This document shows positions 31,663 to 41,770 of a stretch of DNA of 64,000 nucleotides, piece after piece (within the stretch, counting starts at the first letter, position 1; every line of letters starts with the position of its first letter). The position numbers and the translations under genes are program-made. This DNA comes from an uncultured Acidobacteriota bacterium (lineage in GTDB: Bacteria; Acidobacteriota; JAQAZP01): NCBI GenBank assembly GCA_963836075.1, contig CAWIIB010000009.1, positions 3,452,850 to 3,516,849 of the forward strand, given 5' to 3'. The notes beneath the pieces are model-generated. The model did no database searches, had not been told where the DNA came from, and saw nothing but the letters and a program-made list of their open reading frames with translations.

Positions 31663-32681
31663 TGGAGAGCCAGTTCTACCGCTTCGTTTTCCCCGAGTTC
31701 CTCGCTGCCGGCGGTCTGTTGCTGGTTCTGCTGGGCTGGTGGCGCTGGTCCGGCCTCTTTCGCCGCAGCCGCGGCAACCTGCGCATCTCCAGCCTCGGGG
31801 TGGCGGCCAGTATCCGCCCCTCCGCCGCGGTGCGCCTGGTCCGCCTGGTGGACATCCTCCGCCTGGTGGCCCTGGGGCTGATGGTGGTGGCCTTTGCCCG
31901 GCCCCAGGCCGGTGAACGCTACGAGGAACTGCTCACCGAGGGCATCGATATCATTATCGCCCTCGACGTCTCCGGCTCCATGGCCGCGGTGGACTTCCGG
32001 CCCAAGACCAGGCTGGACGTGGCCAAGGAGGTCACCGCCGAGTTCATCGAGGGCCGGCAGACCGACCGCCTGGGCATGGTGGTCTACGCCGGGAAGAGTT
32101 TCACCCGCTGCCCGCTGACCCTCGACTACGGGGTGCTGCTCGATTTTCTCGAGGAGGTGGAGCTGGGCACGGTGAAGGAGGACGGCACCGCCATCGGCAA
32201 CGCCCTGGTCACCGCCATCAACCGGCTGCGGGACGCCAGGGGGGAGAGCCGGGTGATCATCCTGCTCACCGACGGGATCAACAACGCCGGCCAGATCGAT
32301 CCGCTCACCGCCGCCGACCTGGCCAAGGCGATGGACATCAAGATCTACACCATCGGCGCCGGCAAGGACGGGCAGCCCTACTTCCTGGTGGATGACCCGA
32401 TATTCGGCCAGCGCTACGTGCCGGGGGGCGAGCCGCTGATCCTCGACGAGGAGACGCTGGGCGAGGTGGCCCGGCGCACCGGCGGGCTCTACTTCCGGGC
32501 CAAGGACCCCGAGTCGCTGAGCCGCATCTTCGCCCGCATCGGCGAGATGGAGACCACCGGGGTGAAAACGAAACAGTACAGCCTGTTCACCGAGCTGGGA
32601 CCGTGGTTCCTGCTGGGTGCGCTGGGGCTGCTGGTGCTGGCCACGCTGCTCTCCGGCACCAGGTTCCAGGTGGTGCCGTGA
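31662..32681 (+). CDS. batA: VWA domain protein BatA
   Basis: MIDAS motif DVSGSM, PLTLD, GTAIG and LLTDG, with TM helices at both ends. Confidence 0.88.
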   Translation: MESQFYRFVFPEFLAAGGLLLVLLGWWRWSGLFRRSRGNLRISSLGVAASIRPSAAVRLVRLVDILRLVALGLMVVAFARPQAGERYEELLTEGIDIIIALDVSGSMAAVDFRPKTRLDVAKEVTAEFIEGRQTDRLGMVVYAGKSFTRCPLTLDYGVLLDFLEEVELGTVKEDGTAIGNALVTAINRLRDARGESRVIILLTDGINNAGQIDPLTAADLAKAMDIKIYTIGAGKDGQPYFLVDDPIFGQRYVPGGEPLILDEETLGEVARRTGGLYFRAKDPESLSRIFARIGEMETTGVKTKQYSLFTELGPWFLLGALGLLVLATLLSGTRFQVVP

Positions 32682-33709
32682 TGAGATTCGGATCCCCGGA
32701 ATATCTCCATCTGCTCTGGCTGATCCCGCTGCTGGCCGGGTTTTTCGTCCTGGTGCGGCACCGGCGGAAGGTTCGCCTGGAGCGCTTTGCCGGCCACCAG
32801 CTGCTGGGCCGTCTGGTCCGCTCCGCCGGCGGCGAGCGCACGGTGATCCGCCACGTCCTCTTTCTCCTGGCCCTGACCTTTCTGATCCTCGCCGCGGCGC
32901 GTCCCATGTGGGGCATCCGGGTCAACGAGGTGGCCCGCCGCGGGGTGGACGTGATTATCGCCATGGACACCTCGTTGAGCATGGACGCCGAGGACGTCAA
33001 GCCCAGCCGGCTGCGCAAGGCCAAGCTGGAGATGACCGGGCTGGTGGACCGGCTGCGCGGGGACCGGGTGGGCCTGGTGGCCTTTGCCGGCTCAGCCTTT
33101 GTCCAGTGCCCGCTGACCCTCGATCACTCGGCGGCAAAAATGTTCCTCGACATCATGGACACCGGCCTGATCCCCCGGCCGGGCACGGCCATCGCCAGGG
33201 CCATCACCACCTCCATGGAGGCCTTCCGCAGCCGGGAACGCAAATACAAGGTGCTGGTGCTGCTCACCGACGGCGAGGACCACGAGGCCGACCCGGTGGC
33301 CGCGGCCCGGGCCGCGGCCGAGGAAGGGGTGGTGATCCACACCGTGGGCATCGGTTCTCCGGCGGGCGAGCCGATCCCCATGCGGGACGAGCAGGGCCGG
33401 ATCAGCGGCTACAAGAAGGACCGCAGCGGCGAGGTGGTCACTTCGCGTCTGGACGAGGAGACCCTGCGCGCCATCGCCCGGGCCACCGGCGGGATCTATG
33501 TTCGGGCCACCCAGGGCGAGGTGGAGCTGGACACCCTGGTGGCCGAGATCTCGGGTATGGAGAAACGGGAGCTGCAGTCGCGGATGCACACCGGGCTGGA
33601 GGAGCGTTTCCAGTATCCGCTGGCACTGGCTTTGCTGCTGCTGGTGGCCTGGCTGGCCATCCCCGACCTGGGGCGCCGGAGCCGCAGCCGCAAGGAGGAT
33701 GGCAAATGA
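32681..33709 (+). CDS. batB: VWA domain protein BatB
   Basis: Motifs DTSLSM, PSRL, FAGSAFVQCPLT, LTDGEDH and ERFQYP. Confidence 0.88.
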   Translation: MRFGSPEYLHLLWLIPLLAGFFVLVRHRRKVRLERFAGHQLLGRLVRSAGGERTVIRHVLFLLALTFLILAAARPMWGIRVNEVARRGVDVIIAMDTSLSMDAEDVKPSRLRKAKLEMTGLVDRLRGDRVGLVAFAGSAFVQCPLTLDHSAAKMFLDIMDTGLIPRPGTAIARAITTSMEAFRSRERKYKVLVLLTDGEDHEADPVAAARAAAEEGVVIHTVGIGSPAGEPIPMRDEQGRISGYKKDRSGEVVTSRLDEETLRAIARATGGIYVRATQGEVELDTLVAEISGMEKRELQSRMHTGLEERFQYPLALALLLLVAWLAIPDLGRRSRSRKEDGK

Positions 33710-34637
33710 TCCGTATCTCCCCGACCAGGTGCATCACGTTCGGCGCCCTGCTGGCCGCTGTTTTCCTGCTCTGTGCCGCGCCACTGGTGGCCGGGCAGAA
33801 CGAGGTGCGCAAGATCAACCGGCAGGGGAACCAGCTGTACACCGAGGACCAGTGGGCCGATGCCCTGGACCGCTACACCGCGGCCGGTGAGATCGACCCG
33901 GAGAACCCGGTGCTGCACTACAACCTGGGCAACGCCCTGTTCCGGCTGAACGACCTGGACAAGGCCGAGACCCACTATCGCGTGGCCGCGGCGGCCGAGG
34001 ACCCGGAGCTGGCCCGGCGGGCCCGTTTCAACCTCGGCAACACCGAGTTTCGCCGGGCCGAGACCCTGGAGGGCGCAGGGGACTGGCAGGGGCGTAACCA
34101 GTCCCTGACCCGCTCCATCGATCACTGGCGGTCGGTTCTGGATGCCGAACCGGACAACCGGGACGCCAAGCTCAACCTGGAACTGGCCCGCCGGAAGCTG
34201 CTCGAAGAACCACCGGAAAACAGCAGCAGCAACAGCAGGACCAACAGGACCAGCAGGAAGAAGAGCAGGACCAGGAGCAGGAGCAGGACCAGCAGGAGCA
34301 ACAGCAGCAGGATCAGCAGGACCAGGAAGGGCAGGGCGGAGAGGAGCAGCAGGAGGAGCAGGAGGAAGAGGATCAGCAGCAGGAAGAACAAAAGGATCAG
34401 GACGAGCAGCAGGAAGATCAGCAACAGCAGGATCAGGAACAGCAGCAGGAACAGCAACAAGAGGAGCAGCAGGATCAGGAGCAGCAGGATCAGGAGCAAC
34501 AATTAGAGGAGATGCGCATCTCCCCCGAGGAGGCCCAGCGGATCCTCGACGCGTTGCGTGACGAGGAACTGGAGGAGCAGCGGCGGCAGATGGCCGAGCG
34601 CAAGGGCAAGGGCGGCTCAGCGGAGCGCGACTGGTAG
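33706..34637 (+). CDS. batC: TPR protein BatC with a Gln/Glu-rich linker (frameshift near 34219)
   Basis: Signal peptide, TPR motifs (YNLGNA, FNLGNT, NLELA), and a tail EEAQRILDAL...RDW-stop. Confidence 0.82.
34221..34502 (+). repeat. CAG/GAG-rich low-complexity tract encoding poly-Q/E/D
   Basis: Imperfect repeats of CAGCAGGAx / CAGGATCAG. Confidence 0.85.
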
Positions 34638-34670
34638 AGTAGAATGCCCTTGCGAGGGGAAGCAGTTGGA

Positions 34671-34763
34671 CCTGTCATTGCGAGGAGCCGCAGGCGACGA
34701 AGCAATCTCAAAGGCGCCGATATTGATGTAAGGAGATTGCTTCGCTACGCTCGCAATGACAGG
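34671..34763. repeat. Palindromic REP/RPE-like element between batC and batD
   Basis: CCTGTCATTGCGAG..CGAAGCAATCTC pairs with GAGATTGCTTCG..CTCGCAATGACAGG (14-bp and 12-bp perfect arms). Confidence 0.85.
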
Positions 34764-34779
34764 AGAGAAGGTTGGAACG

Positions 34780-36624
34780 GTGACAAGGGTATTGCAGATC
34801 GGGGTGGCACTGCTGGCGCTGCTGGCGCTCGTCTCCGTGGTCTGTCCGGCCGCTGATGACGGGATAACGGTGCGGGCCGAAGTGGATTCTCCCAAGGTGG
34901 GGCTGGACGACCAGTTCTCCTTCATCATCACCATTGACGGTGCGGCCCGCGGGGTGGAGGTGGCTCCGCTTCCCCGGTTGGAGGGGCTGTCGGTGCTTTC
35001 CGGGCCCAATGTGGGGCAGCAGAGCAGTTTCAGCATGGTGGGGGGCGGCTTCCAGCAGAAGACCGTCCTGACCCACACCTACCGCCTGCTGCCCGAGAAG
35101 ACCGGCACCTTCACCATCCCCTCGGTCACCGTGACCTACGACGGCAAGACCTGGCAGACCGGCGACGTCACCGTCGAGGTGGTCCAGGAATCGCAGCAGC
35201 GGGCCCGTCGGCCCTCCTCGCCCTTTGACCGCCGGCCCCAGACCCGCTCCCGATCCGGGCAGCCCTCGCGCAAGATATTTGTCGAGGCGCTGACCCCCAA
35301 GCAGCGGCTCTACCAGGGTGAAGCCCTGCCGCTGGAGTTCCGGATTTTCACCCAGTTCGATGTGGCCCGGTTCGGATTTCGCAAGGACCCGCGCTTCGAG
35401 GGGTTCTGGGTGGAGAAGGTGGAGGGGGAGCCCCGGATGGAGAACACCACGGTGAAAGGCGAGCAGTTCGGGGTCTTCCCCGCATATCGCTACGTGCTCT
35501 ATCCCACGGCCCCCGGGGACTACACCATCGATTCCCAGACCCTGGGCATCAATGTCATCTCTTCCGACCGCTTTTCCTTCTTCGACCGCCAGGAGCAGGT
35601 CTTCCGCCGCACCGAACCGGTGCAGCTGGAGGTGCTCCCCCTGCCGCCCGACCCGCCGGAGGAGTTTGGCGGGGCCGTGGGTTCCTATCGCTTCACCGTG
35701 GAACTGGGCAGTGAGCAGGCGGCCACCGGTGACGCGGTGACCCTGCGCTTCACCGTCGCCGGCCGCGGGAACCTTCGCGGGCTCAGCCCGCCGGCCCTGC
35801 CACCCTTGCCCGACTTCCGGGTCTACGACCCGGAGACCCGGGACGACCTGCGGCTCACCCCCGAGGGCATCAGGGGCGAGCGGAGCTGGGAATACGTGAT
35901 CGTCCCCCGGGCCCCGGGACGCCAGACCGTGCCGCCGGTGACCTTCTGTTACTTTTCACCGGCCGACGGCCAGTATCGCAAGGTGACCAGCGAAGAGCTG
36001 ACCCTGGACGTTACCCGGGGAGAATCGTTCGAGACGGACGAATTGCAGTCCGGGCCGGTGGACGGGCCCGAGGCGGTGGCCCGGAAAGACGTGGAACTGG
36101 TGGAGGAGGATATCCGCTTTATCCGTGCCGTGCCTGAACGTCTCGAGGACCAGGCCGCACACCGGCACCGGGCATCCTGGTTCCTGGTGCTGCTGCTCCT
36201 GCCGCCGCTGATCAACCTGGCGGCGCTGGTGCTGGTCCGGGTGCGCCGGCGATCCCCGGCAGCCCTGGCCGCGCTGCGGCGGCGCCGGGCCCTGCGCACG
36301 GCCCTGGCCCGTATCGCCACTGCGCGGAAAGCGGCCCGCTCCGGAGATGCCGCGGCTTTTTACAGCGGTCTTGACGAGTCTCTGAAAGGGTTTGTTGCCG
36401 ACAAGTTCGACCGGCCGGGTACCGCCGGTCTGACCCTCGAAGGGATCAGGAGGGTGCTGGAAGAGAGGGACGTGCCGCAGGAGCTGGCCGAAAGGCTGGG
36501 TGAGATCCTGGAAAACTGTGATTTTATTCAGTACGCCCCGGCCGATAGCGCCTCGGGGGATGAGATGAAGGACCTGGCCTCCCGGGCGCGGGAGCTGCTC
36601 AAAGAGCTGGAGCGAAAACTGTGA
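34780..36624 (+). CDS. batD: BatD family protein
   Basis: Signal peptide, GTFTIPS, FGGAVG, GRGNL, PPVTFCYF and a C-terminal TM helix. Position in the operon fits. Confidence 0.85.
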   Translation: MTRVLQIGVALLALLALVSVVCPAADDGITVRAEVDSPKVGLDDQFSFIITIDGAARGVEVAPLPRLEGLSVLSGPNVGQQSSFSMVGGGFQQKTVLTHTYRLLPEKTGTFTIPSVTVTYDGKTWQTGDVTVEVVQESQQRARRPSSPFDRRPQTRSRSGQPSRKIFVEALTPKQRLYQGEALPLEFRIFTQFDVARFGFRKDPRFEGFWVEKVEGEPRMENTTVKGEQFGVFPAYRYVLYPTAPGDYTIDSQTLGINVISSDRFSFFDRQEQVFRRTEPVQLEVLPLPPDPPEEFGGAVGSYRFTVELGSEQAATGDAVTLRFTVAGRGNLRGLSPPALPPLPDFRVYDPETRDDLRLTPEGIRGERSWEYVIVPRAPGRQTVPPVTFCYFSPADGQYRKVTSEELTLDVTRGESFETDELQSGPVDGPEAVARKDVELVEEDIRFIRAVPERLEDQAAHRHRASWFLVLLLLPPLINLAALVLVRVRRRSPAALAALRRRRALRTALARIATARKAARSGDAAAFYSGLDESLKGFVADKFDRPGTAGLTLEGIRRVLEERDVPQELAERLGEILENCDFIQYAPADSASGDEMKDLASRARELLKELERKL

Positions 36625-37425
36625 TGACCCGTCGTCTCCCCAATCCGCTGATGTTGCTTGCGTTCTTCGCGGCCCTGCTCGTGTTCGCTGCCGGTGCGGC
36701 GGCGAATGCCGGCGTGCTGGAGGGGACCATGTCCCGGGGAAACGCGCTGTACGAAAGCGGGGATTACAGCGGTGCCGTGGCCGAGTATGAGAAGGTATTG
36801 CGTTACGGGATGCGCAACGGTGCGGTGCACTACAATCTGGCCAACGCCTGGTTCAAACTCCATCGCCCCGGGCCGGCGATCCTGAACTACGAGCGGGCCC
36901 TGCGCCTGGATCCCGGCGACGTCGATGCCGCCCGCAACCTGGCCTACGTCCGCAGCCGGATCATCGACCGGGTGGATGAGGACCAGGAGAACATCTACCT
37001 GCGGTTGCTCAAGCGTTTCCGCGATGCCCTGACCCCGGACCAGGCCGCATTCATCTTTCTCGCCGCCTGGCTGGTCTTCTCCGGGGCCCTGCTGGTGCGC
37101 ATCCTGGGCAACGGCGCCCACCGCGGCAGCGCCCGGGGCCGGCTGGTCTTTTACACGGCCCTGGCCGCGCTGCTGGTGATGGCCGCCGCCGGGATGCAGT
37201 ACCACCCTCCACTGGCGCCACCTCACCTCCACCGACACCGCCATCGTGATGGTGGAGAAGGTGGATGTCACCAGCGCTCCGGGGACCGATTCCAAACTGG
37301 TCACCCTGGTTCACGAGGGCCTGGCACTAAAGATCGTCGAGGAGCGCGACGGCTGGCTGCGGGTCACCATCCCCGGTGTGGGCCTGGGCGGATGGGTGCC
37401 CGAAGCCCAGGTGGAACGGATCTGA
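36624..37425 (+). CDS. batE: BatE: TPR + TM + SH3 protein (frameshift near 37210)
   Basis: Motifs YNLANA and AILNYERA. The shifted frame gives an SH3 region (LVHEG...GWLRV...GWVP...ERI-stop). Confidence 0.82.
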
Positions 37426-37431
37426 GCAACA

Positions 37432-38539
37432 TTATTTTTTCAGTGGTCGTAGCTGTCCAATCACCGCGCATAAACAGCCCAACAATAAGCCAACGATAAT
37501 CAGTATCAGCGTAAAAGGCTTATATCCTATGAAACCGTATCGTATTGACCAGCATGAAAGGAAAAATAGAGCAATCGCACCAGTCATCAGCACAAGCCTC
37601 GCCAGCGAAGGCGGTGTTTTCGTTACAATTAAAAAGCTGCCCAGAAAGCTCACTAAACCTGCGATGGCCCACAAGCCAAGATAGAGTCGCCTGGGTTTCA
37701 TAAACGAAGCATCAATATTTTCTGTCCTGCTTGAGGCGATATAGGAAGCGATATCAGCAACGGGTGCAACCCAGATTCCGTTTTCCGGGTTGTTGAGATA
37801 TTCACATAGAGCTTTCAGTGTCTCTGTGCGCACGGCTCGATTATTTTCATCGCCTACCTCATGTCCCGTCAGTATCAACCAATATCCATTTTCCAGAGCA
37901 GAGTCAATCATTGCCTTGACTTGATAAAAGTCCAAACCGTCCAAATTTCTACCCATAAGGTCATGACAATCACAATAGTCAGGATTATTATTAAATTCAT
38001 TCATATAGCTCCGGCCCGTCAGAAACTTCTGTGCGACAAGAGGGACATAGGATCCGTGCATTCTTCCCTTGACCGACATAGTTGTGCCCGCACGGGTAGG
38101 CAAATGAAACAGGCCTGACTCCAAGCATCGACTCAATTGCCAGGTTTGCGGCATCCAGTTCGTTTGCCATTCGTTCAAGAGTGTAACCCTCCAATGTCCT
38201 GCCCACTCTGGTGGCAGGATACCTGCAGGGGTGTGTCAAGCTATGGTTTCCAATTTCATGACCGGAGATGACGGCGGCTTGCCAACCGGAAAGCCGCTCT
38301 TTGACTTTTTTGGGAAGCACATAAAAAGTCGCCTTGATGCCATACTGATCCAGCAAAGGAATTCCCACATCCACCTGACTTTCTCTGGCGTCATCGAAAG
38401 TCAGGCTCACTGCTGCCTGGCAACCTTCGGGCCAGAGGAAACTATGGGCAAACAGGGTGTTGGTCCCAAGGCAGGAAGAGATTAGTGCCAGAGCCAAAAA
38501 TAAGAATCCGGACCTCCGATTTTCAGCTAGCATACTCAT
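37432..38539 (-). CDS. Secreted polysaccharide deacetylase with C-terminal TM helices (low GC; frameshift near 38050)
   Basis: NodB motifs SLTFDD, ATFY, GHEIGNHSLTH and SFAYPCG, then WLILTGH. Confidence 0.8.
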
Positions 38540-38828
38540 GAATCCTTCTGCTGACTCACACTTTGAATGCTTTCATCAATATTGCATACTACAGGCGAAG
38601 CCCTGACCTGCAAAAGCAGCCATACCGAATATCTCTCACAGGGCTATTCTGTAGCATCGGTAATGGAAAGCGTTTTCTTGATGCGAAAGTTGCAGGGGGC
38701 AGAAAGGTGTCATCACAGACTGGGAAAGGGAGGGTCGGAGGGGGGAGGAGTTGCTCGGACGTTTACGTTCAGTGCGTTCCACCCGGGCTGCCGGGTCAAG
38801 GCCGCCCGGATGGAACGCATCTGACAGG

Positions 38829-40063
38829 TCAGGGTGTCAGGCCGGTCACGCTGCAGCTGGCCGAGTCGCTTTGCCCGGACGCCGGGTAGGGCGGCTGGTT
38901 GAAGGGGGCCGGTGTGACATCCACACTGACAAAGGTGAAGGTGCTCTCACCCACCATCAGCGGGCTGGCCGGGAGGACGTTGAGCCAACTGGTGATCAGG
39001 CTCTCGCCGGGGTCAAGATTGGAACTGCCGGCTCGCCAACTGGTGATGCTGTTGCCGCCGGGCATGTCCACGTTCAGGCGGCCGGCCACCCGCCTGGCAA
39101 ATCCGGTGTAAATGTTGCTCAGGGTGGTGGTAAACCGCACCTTAAGGGGCAGCGTGCCGGCGGCCGGCTGACAGGCCAGGTCGCAGGCCACGGTGGATGT
39201 GCTCTCGGACTCCCCAGCCGGCGATGCGGGCCAGCATCCACCAGAAGGCCCTTCCCTTGAGATTGCAGTTCAACGGCTCTGGAGTGTGCGCAGTCGCAAT
39301 CGTAGCAGAGCGGGCTGCCGGGGTTGTCGGCGCACCACTCGTCGGCCCAGTTTCCGCCGTCTGTAATCGCAGCTGTCGGTGGCAAAAGGTCGCAGGAAGT
39401 AGTTCCCGTCCGGGTCGTAGCTCTCGATGTCGGCAAAGTCGAAGAGCACCTTATCGTTGGCGAGGCAGAAATCGCGGATCTGGTTGTTCCGCTGAAAGAG
39501 GTTGCCCTCTTCGCCGGTGCCGTCGAGATGGCCGGTCATGTAAACGAAGGTCACATCCGGGTATTCGGCTTCCAGCTGCATCCATCTGGCCGAGGTAGAT
39601 GTCGATATATGCTTCGTGCTGGCGTCGCTGACCTGGCCGCACCAGGACCAGATGACCACATTGCGGTCGCTTCCCTCGCCGTCCAGATAGTCCCTCGTGT
39701 CATCGGCCCAATCTGGGTCATCCCAGAGATCGCCAGGCGGGCATCGTATCGTCTAAGGAGAGCACTCCCGGGCTCCACGGCCCCGTCGTTATTGAAATCG
39801 TAGAGTCCTCCGTGGGTCGGATCGTCCATCAACACCTGCATTCCGGTGATGGGCTGGCTTCCGTGTGACGTGTGTCCATAGCAGATACGAAGCTGGTCCT
39901 TTGCCGCCACAATCCATTCTTCGGGAATGTCTTCGAGGACGGTGCAGGTGTGGTCACTGATGATCGGCATCGCCCGATCGGCCGAGGCGGTTTCCGGGAC
40001 GGCCGCGAGGAGGCCGAGGGTCAGAACGATGCTGGAAATTATGATGGATCTTGTAATGCGCAC
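38829..40063 (-). CDS. Secreted SGNH-like hydrolase with a C-terminal NQPPYP domain (several frameshifts)
   Basis: GGAGGA RBS with a GTG start and a signal peptide. Fragments YGHTSHGSQ, WSWCGQ, YPDVTFVYMTGH and LFDFADIESYDPDG fall in successive frames. Confidence 0.65.
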
Positions 40064-40332
40064 GGATAGTCCTCCGATACAATCTTCCCCGGCAAGGGTG
40101 GAGTCTTTCGATCGGCTGGTCAAAGCGGATCGCATGGAAAGCCGGGATGCGGGATCTGAGGGACCACTGCCCGCCGGCTGCTGATTAAGAATTTACCATA
40201 CCATTTCTGCCATTAGTTATCAATCTGAAAATCAAGAAAACAAATACCTTACATTGTTATCCCTGGAATGTTTCGGGATTCTGGTCAACGGTATTGACAG
40301 AAACCGGGTGGGGAAAGTCACATGGCTTCCAT

Positions 40333-41770
40333 TCATTCGGCCGGGCCGGGCCTCCAGGAGAGCAGAATCTTCTCCCAGGGAAATCCGAGGCGTCGCGTGC
40401 GCCGGCGCCAGCGGGACAGGGCGGCCAGCGGCCTTATATACGGGGGCTGGGGTGGCGGCAGGCTGGCATAGTGGGTGTAGAAGTTGATCCGCGATACCCG
40501 GGCGATCTCCTCGCGGGTCAACCGGCCGGTGCGGTCGGCGGAGAAGAAGTCGCAGCGGCCCCACTCCTCGAGGGTGGCCGGCAGGGACAGGCCTTCCTCA
40601 CCCATTTCGGCGGTCAGTCTGGACCCGGGGTAGGGGGTGTAGAAAAAGATCCGGGTGAAGGCGTGGGGGTGGGCCTCACCGATGCTGAAGACCATCTCTT
40701 CGGTGGCCCGGCGGTCTTCCGGCTGTCTCACCGGGCAGTCCGGTGATGAAGCCGTAGGCCGGCTTGACGCCGTAGCGGTACAGCCGGCGGGCCGACTGGA
40801 GGATCTGGTCGGCGGTGAGATTCTTGTCAATGCTGGCCAGCAGGCGGTCCGAACCGGATTCGGCGCCCACCACCATCTGGTCCAGGCCGCTGCGAACCAG
40901 CAGGATCAGCAGTTCTTCATCCATGTCAGCCAGCTGGCCGGCGCGGAAGGTCGCCGACCAGCGGACCGGTGTGCGAAGAGTGAGCAGGCCCTCGGCAATG
41001 GTCCGGGCCCGTTGCGGCTTGAGATAGAACATGTCGTCGAGGAAGGCCACCCGTTCGATGTGGTAGCGGGGCACCAGTTCTCCCAGCTCCTCGGTTACCC
41101 GCTGCGGCGTGAAGGCCCGCCAGCGGTGGTGATACACCGCCGGGTCGCTGCAGAAGGCGCAGTTGAAGGGACAGCCCTGGGAGGTGATGTAGTCGAGCGT
41201 GCGGGAGCGGCGGGGCTGAAAGTAGTGCTCCAGGGTCAGCAACCGGTAGTCCAGTGCCGGCGGTTCGGCGGGCAGCCGGACGTCGGTTGAAGATATCCCG
41301 CCACCCGGGGTCCGGCGGGTCAGTCCGGGCACCCCCGCTGGATCGGCGCCCGATGCGAGGCAGGACGCCAGCTCGGTGGCGGCCTCTTCGCCGGGGCCGC
41401 GGATCACGTAGTCCACCGCCGGCTCGGTGAGACACTGCTCGGGCAGCAGCGAGGGGTGCCAGCCCCCCCAGGTCACCGGCAGATCGGGGGCCAGCGACTT
41501 CACCTGCCGGGAGAAACGGATGGCGTCGAGAATCGGCTTGCCGCTGAGCACCCCCAGGCCAACCATCAGCGCTCCGTCCAGCAGCCGGGACAGCTCGCGG
41601 TCTCCCGGTGGCGCCACCCGTCCGTCCAGCAGTTCAACCTTGAATCCCGCCCGCTGCAGCGCGGTGCCCACGGCCAGGATGCCCAGCGGCATCTGGTAGT
41701 GGGGAGCCTTCGGGTTGTAGAGCACCACCGTGCCCCGTCCCGGGTCACTCTGTGTCGCTGTTTCCGTCAT
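40333..41770 (-). CDS. B12-binding radical SAM protein (frameshift near 40720)
   Basis: B12-domain motifs PLG and WGGWHPS, cluster motif GCPFNCAFC, then GAESGS, GLPGET and PYPGS. Confidence 0.88.

Noticed and set aside
34122-34502. Poly-leucine ORF on the minus strand, or a possible repeat array
   Set aside because: It is the antisense of the CAG/GAG-rich batC linker. There is no repeat-spacer structure, so it is not a CRISPR array.
32617-34506. 629-aa ORF with an S/R-rich tail
   Set aside because: It is an off-frame overlap of batB joined to the batC N-terminus. The S/R tail is the Q/E linker read out of frame.
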